From Geosiphon pyriformis uo1 (taxonomy: Eukaryota > Fungi > Glomeromycota), in contig JAAOMT010000571.1 in NCBI GenBank assembly GCA_016748015.1, positions 1,181,095 through 1,245,094 on the forward strand: a stretch of 64,000 nt of DNA, written 5' to 3'. The notes under the pieces are model-generated. The model was given only the letters and a program-made list of their open reading frames with translations. It was not told the DNA's origin and ran no database searches. Below, one piece after another: positions 54,493 through 64,000 of this stretch (within the stretch, counting starts at the first letter, position 1; every line of letters begins with the position of its first letter). The position numbers were made by a program, and so were the translations under genes.

Positions 54493-55352
54493 TGTTACTT
54501 ATAGAAATATAGGGAATATATTAGCATGATTATTAGCCAATCAGAAGTAGGCATAGTAAATGTGGAATTCCAGAATTCCTTTCAGGAATTGCAGGATTCC
54601 TCTTAAGAAATCACAGGATTTCAGGAATTCCAGGATTCCTCTTAAGAAATCGCAGGATTTCAGGAATTTCAGGATTCCTGTCATGAAAAATTGAGGAATT
54701 AAGGAATCTCAATTATGTATATATAGCAGCAGGATTAGAAGCTAAAAAGACAGACCTCTTAGTTTTAGATTTAATCTAAGCAACTCTCCAAATTACAATC
54801 ATCTAATAAATAACTATTTGTTATCTCAAACCCATTTCCACTATCAACACTTCATGTTGATAGTAATTAATACTTAACCACATTGGAACAATAGCTCTTG
54901 ATCACGGCTATTGACGAAATACTAACTTGCAAATCACCTTGGCTTATTTCTTTTCTTTCTTTATTTTCTTTTCTTTTCTTTATTTTCTTGTTTTGATTTT
55001 ATTGTTGTTTATTAACTCTATTGAAGATTAATGCATGGGGCACTGACATCAGGATAAATATGACTGGTAAAAAACCCAGAAATAAGAGTAGAACACTCGA
55101 TTAAGGATAGCTTACCAGGAGGAATACTGGCCATCAAGCTAAGAAAAAAATTGACAAAACTGCAGTTTCAGGAAGCTACAGAAAAAACTATTACCATTGA
55201 ATCTCTGTCCATTATACAAAGAACTCAACCAAATCCTTTAAATACAAAACCTTCAGATACCAAACCCTTAGATCATTGACAACAAAAATAGCTTTGAGCA
55301 CCAAGTTATGGGTTTGTATTTAATTCAACACCAGAAATTGTTACCTGTAACA
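54493..55352 (+). repeat. 3' LTR of Gypsy A2 (860 bp)
   Basis: Direct repeat of 45178-46054. Confidence 0.95.
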
Positions 55353-58350
55353 ACATCTTTCTGTATGGCTCCATTAATTAAAGCCATTGCTAAATCAAAG
55401 ATTATTTTAGCATTATAAAAATAGTAGTAAAGTTTGTGGAGAGCACTGTTGTATGCTGCATCAAAAGGTGTTCTTCTTTTAACTTTTTCCAAAATTGATA
55501 GGGCATATTGGCAGATTTGGTCACATACTCCTTCTCTTATTGCAACATTAATCCAGTTGCATTTTTTTGGTAGCATATCTCCACATGTGAAGCAAGGAGT
55601 GTTGTCCTATTTTTTACTCCTTTTGAAATATCCAAATCGTTCTCTATAGCATGTTTTACAAAAGTAGCAAGTACGAGTTTCATATTCCTCTTCTGAAGAA
55701 ATACATGCTTCCATTGATAAAAGTTTCTTGTTGCAATCTTTGCATTTGAGTGGGATGTAGAGTGGTTGTTTCTGTAGTTCTGGTGTAGAATATCTAACTA
55801 TATTTCATCCTTTGGTCTCTTCAAAGATTTTTTGTTCTGTTTTCTCAGTCTAACTGAATGTTGATCTAAGAACCATAAAGATTTTAGTAATTGGTAGTTC
55901 TTTTTCCTCTTCAAATTCGAATACTAAGGCTTTCTCAGATTTTTTATTAAAAGTGTCACAGGTGGCAGATACTTTAATATATTGTCCTTGGTATAAAATC
56001 TTCAATTCCTGAGTTTTTTAATCTAAATTTGTATTGGCCTTAAGAAACCAATTATTTCTGACAAGAGCTTGGTATTGTGGTACATCCATGACTAAAACTT
56101 TGACTGGAATGATGATTCCATCAATTGTGAATGGAAAGTTGTTAATTTCTTCTACTGGTGTTTTTTTTATCTCATCTGTTATAACAATGACAGTTTGGGC
56201 TGGTCTGTCAACAGTTCTTTGAAGCTGTTGTATTAATTGGTAAGTAATAATACTTCCAGCTAATCTACTGTTTAAGATTAACCAAATTGGTTTTTATTCA
56301 ACTTCAGCTTCAGTATATATTGCTGTAATTGCTTTTTGTTTATTGACTGCTGCATTGCTAAGCAAGAAGGATAATTCATTGGCTTCAAATTCAAATGGAA
56401 ATATATCTGAGAAATTGGTATTTTGAGCAATTTGAGCTGGTGGAATAGTATTGTTGGAAGAGTTTGATCTTAGTGCTGCAACCTTCAGAAAGTGCAGTTT
56501 GTTGAAAATCCGATTCTTTAGGCATTGTAAGATAACTGAATTGAGTGTAATAGTAATTGGGTCTTTGCTAACCAGAATTTCGGAGAACTAACTGGTTATT
56601 TGGATTGATTCTGTTGTTGTTATTCTGAAATTAATTTTGAGGTGTGAATTGGTTATGTTGAACCAATCTTTAGGCTGGTACTTGATATTGTTATGTAGAT
56701 GGCTAATACTGTCAAATTGGTGGAAGTTGTTGATATTGTTGCTGTAAAGCAGATTGATAATAATTGATTTGCTGTTGGGGTCTTAAGAAATAGTAAGCTA
56801 GTGATGGAGGCTGATAATGAGGTTATTGTGTTAAAGAGTAATGTAGATTACTCCTGTTTTGTTGGTCTCTTTGTAGCTTTCTGCAATCTTGTTTCCAATG
56901 TTCTAAAATCCCACAATAGTGACAACTTTAATTTTGGCTGTTTAATAAGAATGAGTAGTTGTTTTGGTTTTATCATTGTGGTGGCTAATATCTTTGTGGT
57001 TGTTGTTGTTGTTGCTGGTTAATGAAATAGTTCTCAACTTTTTTTGTTAGTTGGTCAATTTTTTTTCAGCTGCTGAGCTAGTTTTTTCAATAACAAGATT
57101 CACAAGTTTGGTATGATTTGCTTCTTCCATTGCCATTTCATAGTTCTTTACATGTCTAATGGCTGTTGCTAAGTTTTCTGGGACATGTGGGCAAACTTTC
57201 TTGATTAATTTGTCTTTTAATTCTGCTATAAACTGATCCAAAATCTGGGCATTGGAATAGTATTCATTGGTTTCTAATTGTTAAATTTGTCAAAGAAGTT
57301 TGTTGAATCTCTTAAGATAAGTCATAACAGTTTTAGATGTTTTTTGTTTGATATTGTGAAAGCAATTTTGGAGAGTGATAGAGGTGTTGTTGTTGGTGAA
57401 TTGTTGTAAAAAAGCATTTTTGAATGCTTGTCAGTTTCTAAATAGTTCTTCTAAGTTTTCAAACTATTCTTCTGCAGTTCCTTGAAGAAAGTATGGGATT
57501 GCTTTGAGCATTCTTGCTGCATTCCAACTATTTGCATCTCCTGCTTTCTGGACTTTATCAAGCCATTCTTAAGAGCTGATATCATTATCTTTACTAGTAA
57601 ATTCTGGGATTTTTGCAATATAAGCAGTTGCTATTTCTTCTTTATTTTTTGTAGTTTCTTCTTGTTCTGATTCAGTTTCCTTACTTTTCAAGTTCTCTGA
57701 ATAATTATTTTCGTTTTTTTATAGGTAATCAATAATATTGGTGCTGGTTAATATGAGTTCTTGCTGTTGAGTAGGATTTTTGGATGACTGAAAATCTTTT
57801 GGTCTTGAGAAACAGATAAGTGGTAAATTTGGTGTTTATGATTAAGCAAGTAAAATTGGAAAAAGTATGACTGAGAATAGAAGTCTGGTGCTGGTTCTTT
57901 GTTCTGGAGTTTGCAAGTATTTGGCAGTATTTTTGGTGTCTTTGGAGTAATTGGGGTGGTGCTTGAATATTGCTTTAGTTTTTGTTTGTCTTTATTGCTT
58001 GTTTTTGTTTTTGATTTAAAGTCAATAAAGTATCTAGCCTGTACTGGGTATTTTTCTTCACAATACTGAATAATGCTAAAGTTAAGTTCTTGGAAGTAGG
58101 TTGCAAAAGTTTTACTGTTCAGGTCTTTTGTTTCCAATTGTGAATAGTGCACTAAATTATTGTAGAGGTTGCTTCTAACTTCTGAAATATTGTAGTTTTC
58201 AAAAAAATAATTGTTAATATGATTTTCAATGTATTGGTATACTGATTTCTTGACAACTTCAATTCTGTTTGAGATGTTGAATCTTTGCTTGCAATGGGTG
58301 TAAATTGACTGATAATACTCTAGAGTTGTTGTGTCTAGTATGGTCACCAC
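55353..58350 (-). pseudogene. Gypsy B gag, protease and Cys-rich region
   Basis: Gag (LKAIPYF.QG, DQFIAEL, LATAI..VKNYE), PR (LILNSRLAGSIIT-like), CKDC/CKTC/CDQICQY motifs. Confidence 0.85.
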
Positions 58351-58395
58351 TTTGAATTTGTTGTTGCTGTGTTATTTCTGTGGGAGAGCACCAAA

Positions 58396-59354
58396 TGTTA
58401 CCAGAGGTTTTTGGTCTCTTTTTTTGAATGTTGTTAATGTTAATTTGCTGTGAATTCACGTTTTCAGGAAGTAGTTAAACCTCCAGTAACTGAATTTATC
58501 TTCAAATTATTTCCTATAATTTGAACTGCTAGGCTTATAAGTAGAATGGCCAATTCTGTGCCAGTTGCTTTATGTAGTTATGTTGTAGTAAACATCAACT
58601 TTTTTCTAGGAATTGCTCATCTGGAAGCTCACTAAAAATGTGTAGTTACTTTGCTGTAAAAGTCAACTCTTCTACAGAAATCTCATTTGTAAGCTACCCT
58701 AATAATTGTAATAAGAAAGAAAAAAAATATAAAAGAAATAGAATTTATCAAAAGAAACGTTTTCTATTTAGGCTTAAAGTCACTAACAGATTATTGAAAT
58801 TGGTAGCTAATCAATTTCAAAATGTTAGTTGTGTTGAGAGAATTTTAAGTGTAATAATCAAAGGATTTGGTTTTCAAATATTTTAATTTTTATTTAAATG
58901 TGTAAAAGATAATTTGTTTTTAATTAAGATATCTAAAGTAAAGTACTATGATAAAATACTATGAGAAGATACATTTTCTTAAAGAGAAAAGTTCTTCTTT
59001 TATACAACTTGTTGTAGTACTAGTCTTTAAACTTGCACTTTTTTTTTGTTATAATTTGGGTGAACTAAAGATACATTTCGGCAAACTGCAAGTTATTTCA
59101 CTAAACTATTGATTATTTCGGCCAATTTTCATTAATTTCGGTGAATTTTGACTATGTTAAATGGTTTAGGGTATTGTGTAATTTAATCATCTTAATTTTT
59201 ATGATACAAATCGAATTATTGATTGAGTAATAATATTTGATAATTTGATTAAATAATAAGTGATATTCAAAATAATAACAATATATGCTAATTAATAATA
59301 GAAATTATGAGAGTAATTTCATGCTAATTAATAGCTAAAATTCTGCTGGTAACA
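58396..59354 (-). repeat. 5' LTR of Gypsy B (959 bp)
   Basis: TG...CA ends; followed on the minus strand by the PBS. Confidence 0.95.
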
Positions 59355-60188
59355 TTATTTTGCTAGTTTGGGCTTCAGTTTCTTGAGTAGTATTCCTTTG
59401 ATGGATCCTGTATGTATATAATACTGTCTTAACTAGACTAAGTGTTCAGTTATGTGTAGAAAAAGCATGAACCATATTTAATTTAAAATTTTGTTTGATT
59501 TTATGTATTTAAGTAGTGGTTGGACTGCACTTATTAACTCTTTAATAAAAAAAAATTATGTTATTATATTATTATTTAATAGTTTAAGAAAAAATTATCT
59601 TGAAATAAACAAAATAAAATACAAATTCAATTCAGATATTATTTTATTTATTAAAATATTGTTATAAGTTAGAATAATAAATTAACAGATAGCAAAAAAA
59701 AATAGTATTATAAGATAATAAAAATAATCATAGGGAATTTTACAATAAAAAAGCAAATTAAATATGTATAAATTCAATATATATAATTAATTTTATAAAA
59801 ATTACAGTCACTAATTTTTTCTGAAAATTTGAAAATTTGAAAATAGTTTATAATTGTTAATAAAATAATATTAATATTATTATTTTATATTTTATTTCAA
59901 CAATTTTTAAAATCAATAACAGATATTATTGTGCTTTTTAATTTTTAATTTTATTTAATAAATTACAAAAATAAGCAATTGCTTTTTAAATTAATTCTAA
60001 CAATACAAATCAAAAAAAAAAGATAAGATATATAAATACCACCAAGTAATTTTTTATTTCAAGATGTTTAAATACTTAAAAAAAAATAAACAATATAAAA
60101 AAAATAATTGATAATGGATTTTATTTTGTTACTTTGATCATGTTTTTTACACTTAAGAGATTTATCACTTATATAACTATTAAAAATA

Positions 60189-60280
60189 GTTAACAATTAG
60201 GTTATTAATTAAATTAATAATTAAGTTAATAATCAGATTAATAATTAAGTTAACAATCAAGTTATTAATCAAGTCAATAA
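60189..60280. repeat. Degenerate 12-bp minisatellite (GTTAATAATCAA-like, ~8 copies)
   Basis: GTTAACAATTAG GTTATTAATTAA ATTAATAATTAA GTTAATAATCAG ... GTTAACAATCAA GTTATTAATCAA. Confidence 0.7.
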
Positions 60281-62317
60281 TTATTATTTAAAAATAGTAT
60301 GACTAATTATATAATATTATTGGCTAATATATATAAAAATTAATAAAAATTATAAGTTTTAATCATAACAAATTTTTTTTATTAATATTTTACAAATAAG
60401 ATCTAAATATTATTTAGCATAATATATTAAATTAAATAATTTAAACTAAACATAAATCATGTACTTTTTACATATAATTAGTTATTTAGACTAATTAAAA
60501 CAATACTATAAATTTATTTTGACAGAAATTACATAATTGATACCAAAAAAAAATTGCAGAGTCTATATAAATCAAAATTAATACCATATGTTTTTGTAAT
60601 CTTAAACAACTTAACAATTTTATCAAAAAAAAATTAAAATTAAAATCCAAAAAAAAATTTATCAAAAAACCAGAAATAAAACCAGTTATTAAAATAAACA
60701 ACTAGTTTAAAAACCAAAAAATTTTTAATTAAGAAAAATTTTTAAATAACAAAATTCCTTTAAAAAATATATATAAAAATCTGATTCTGTTATCAAAATT
60801 ATTAACTATACCAACTTAGATAAACAAAAACAGATTTAAATAAAATCAGAAACTCTATAAAAAAACTACTAATAATACAGATTAAAGTTAAAATATTTAA
60901 TATATCAAAAAAACTGTTATCTATAATTGTGTATAATATATTAAATAAAGATTTAAAAAATCCAATCTAATATTATTATAATTATTGTATTAAAAAAAAT
61001 ACAATTATTTAGAAAAACATAGTAAATAAAATAAAAAATTATATTTTGTTTATAAAAAACTGTTATCAAAAAAATATGATTAGATTAATATATTAAACAA
61101 AAAAAAATATAATTTAAATTATTAATATATAATTTTTATCTATAATTGAATAAAAAAAATACTGTTTAAAACAGTATTTAGTAGAATATTAAAAAAATTA
61201 CAAGACTATTTACATAATAAAAATAAGTTTTACAATATAATACCAACAACAATAAAAAAAACTATTAAAAAGATATAATATTGGAAAATAATAGCTAAAA
61301 TAATCAATAAAATTGTTAATTATAACATATTTGAGTCATTAAAAAAATTCCAAAAAAACTACCAATAACTATATTCTATTTATTAAGAACAAAAAAATAT
61401 TTTATTTAATTAACACTTATTTCTATAAAAATTGTCTTATTTTATACCAAAGTCAATATTATAAAGAATACTAATATGTAAAAAACTTAAAAAAAAAAAG
61501 ATTTAAGAATTAATAATACTAAAATTAAACAATAAATTAACAAAATTTATTTAACAGTTTTAAATTAAAAAACTTTTTAACTTATATTAATCTAAATTAA
61601 AAGATTAATATATAATATTATAACAATAAATATTTAGAGATAATATTTAAAAAAAGTTAATTTAACTAATATTAGATTCAATTTATAATATTTAAAAATT
61701 AATCTATAATATTATTACTTAAAAATATTACCAAAATTGATCTAAAAATAAAAATTAAAATTCTGTCAGAAATAATAATTTAAATAATATTATAATTAAG
61801 TCTTATAAAAAAAAAATATTTATACAAAAAAAAGTAATTAACTACAAAAATACAAAAAATTAGATAATTTTATTACAGAACAATACAGAAAAACTATATT
61901 ATTAAATCCAAGAAAAAAATTACACAAGTAATTTTTTTGTTATTAATAAAAACCACAAAATTTATATTAATAAAAAATTAAAAAAAATTAATATAAACAA
62001 TAAAAAAAACTTATAATTTTAGATTAATAAAAAAAAATTTGAAACAAATTTTGCTAAAACAACAAAAAAAAAAGATAAATTAATTAAAATTAAACAGCTT
62101 ATTATATTTATATTATATGAAAAATCAGAAATAAAAATTAAAAAAGTAATAAAAAAAAATTTTAATATTTAAGTTTTACTTAAAAACTTGTTAATTAATT
62201 TTTATATAACTTACTAACTTTTTTATTATAGCTAACAAAACTTAATAAATGAAAATTTTTATAACAAATACTACTAACAAACTTGTATATATTCTAAAAA
62301 ATACTATTATTAAATAC

Positions 62318-63294
62318 TGTTACCAAAGATTTTTCTACTTTTTTTGTTGTTGTTAATATTGTTTTATTGTTAATTCTGCTATTAATAAAAATTAATAAAT
62401 CTTAATAAGCTAATTTTTCTTTTAAAGTATTTTTTATATTTTGAATTGTATGTATTGTTGGATTTATAATAAAATGACCAATTTTGTGTCAATTATTTAT
62501 ATAGTTACTTTATAATAAAAGTTAATTCTTTTACAAAAAAATTTTATTTGTAAGCTTTTCAAAATATGTGTAATTACTTTGTTGTAAAAGTCAATTTTTT
62601 TGCAGAAAATCTTAATTATAAACTATCTAATAATATAAAAAAAAATAAAAAATTAAAGAAAATAAATTAAAAAAAAAACAAATCAGAAATATGTTCAAAA
62701 AAGTTATTTTGAATTTAAATTTAAAAGTTACAGAAATTAATAACTAATTAATTTTAATATGTTGGTATAAAATAATCAATTTCGAAGCAAAAATAATTAA
62801 AAAATTTATGTTTTTTAATTGAGTTTTTATTTAAGTTAATTTGTAAAAAAAATATTTAAAAAAATTAATTTTAATTAAAATATTTAATAAAAAATACATT
62901 TTCTCAAAAAAAAAAGCTCTTTTTTTATATAACTTATTGTAGTACTATTTTATAATTTAGCACTTTTTTTTCTAATATTTTAGTAAACTAAAGATATATT
63001 TTATCAAATTATAAATTATTTTTATAAATTATAGATTATTTTGATAAATTGTTAAATATTTTGTTAAATTACTAAATATTTTAATAAATTTTAAATGTTA
63101 TATAGTTTGATATATTACATAATCTGATTATTACAATTTGGTTATATTTGTGTTTTATACAATCAGAGTATTAATTGAATAATAATTTGAATAATTTGAT
63201 AAAATAAATTAAAATAATAATATATGTTAATTAATAATAAGAATTATAAAGATAATTTTATGTTAATTAATATTTTAAATTTTAATTAATAATA
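62318..63294 (-). mobile_element. Old, strongly AT-eroded solo LTR of family B
   Basis: Starts TGTTACCAAAG; colinear with 7919-8901 (AAAGCTCTTTTTTATAT, AACTAAAGATA, GAATTATAAAGATAATTTTATG); TSD ATAC/ATAT. Confidence 0.8.
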
Positions 63295-64000
63295 ATATTT
63301 TGAAACAAAATTAAAAAATGTATTAGCATCACAAAAAATATTGAATTTTTTAAAAATTATGTTCTATTGTAAACTTATTTTAATAAATTACCAACAATTA
63401 TTAAAATACTATTAATTTATGACAAAAAAATTGGCCAAATTAAATATTAAGACAATAAATTCTAATCAACAATAATAATTAATAATATTAAATAAATAAC
63501 CAATTTATACTTTTAAGAATTACAAAAATAAGTTAAATAATACAATATTAAATTACTATATTAACTTAAAATTTAATAAAAAAATTAATTTTAATTTTGA
63601 CAAAGCTTAATTTTGAAAAAAAATATTATTATTATAATTCAAGAATATAACAAAAGAATTATAAAATAATATAAATATTTAATTATAATATAGTCCAGTA
63701 ATAATTTTAAAAAAATAATAATTAATCTAATAGTAAGCACTATTTTATAATAGCAGTAAACATTAACTTATAATAATAATAAATACCAATTAATAATAGC
63801 AACAAATATTAAATTAAAATATAAAAAAAAATATTATAATATATTTTTTTGTAAAACTACAAATATGTATATATATAGTAATTTTAATATTAAAAAAAAA
63901 CAATTTATCTAACAGTTTAATCTTGTTAGCTTTTAATTTTTTACTTTGATTATTTTTTAGTCATTACTTTTAATAAATATTCAAAAAAAATTTTAAATTA

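Larger units (their letters stand above)
45178..55352 (+). mobile_element. Full-length Ty3/Gypsy element, family A copy 2, nested in Gypsy B
   Basis: LTRs 45178-46054 and 54493-55352; TSD ACAT (45174-45177 / 55353-55356); PBS TGGTGCTTCCTGTG at 46057; PPT before 54493. Confidence 0.96.
39335..59354 (-). mobile_element. Full-length Ty3/Gypsy element, family B (degenerate), inserted near the end of LINE-3 ORF2; contains Gypsy A2
   Basis: LTRs 58396-59354 (5') and 39335-40294 (3'); TSD TTAT (39331-39334 / 59355-59358); PBS TGGTGCTCTCCC at 58393-58382; PPT AAGGAGGAGATTA at 40307-40295. Confidence 0.95.
32120..59555 (+). mobile_element. LINE-3, full length, carrying nested LTR insertions; ORF1 ~32304-34054, ORF2 ~34054-39334 + 59359-59421, 3' UTR and poly(A)
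   Basis: TSD TTATGTTATTATA (32107-32119 / 59556-59568); APE (LDGDFN, IDHIF, TNH), RT (QDMHKVYDSV, AFVNN), RNase H (VYIDSS, ELQ, FTDS). The C-terminus resumes after 59358. Confidence 0.92.

Noticed and set aside
1-64000. Alternative genetic code to explain the many in-frame stops
   Set aside because: Stops fall at different positions in homologous copies and derive from TGG/CAA/CAG/CGA; EI24 reads cleanly in the standard code.

Overview
Very AT-rich, repeat-dominated eukaryotic DNA. It most resembles an arbuscular-mycorrhizal-type fungus (Glomeromycotina, Geosiphon-like); this is an inference from TE style and intron structure. One intact host gene is present: a 7-exon EI24-family gene on the minus strand (29330-30819). 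Almost everything else is nested, decayed retrotransposons. These are three LINEs (ORF1 with a CCHC knuckle; ORF2 APE-RT-RNase H-ZnF), three full-length Ty3/Gypsy LTR elements of two families (3237-14244 +, 39335-59354 -, and 45178-55352 + nested inside the previous one) and four solo-LTR-like insertions, all LTR insertions having 4-bp TSDs. The Gypsy elements share an unusual plan: one Gag-PR-Cys-rich-dUTPase-RT-RNase H ORF ending at a conserved stop, integrase as a separate ORF, and a third non-Env ORF running up to the PPT. Their LTR 3' ends fold back on themselves, and in family A onto the tRNA primer-binding site. All repeats are eroded almost only by C>T/G>A transitions, grading into AT 'ghost' DNA, while the host gene keeps its CpGs.
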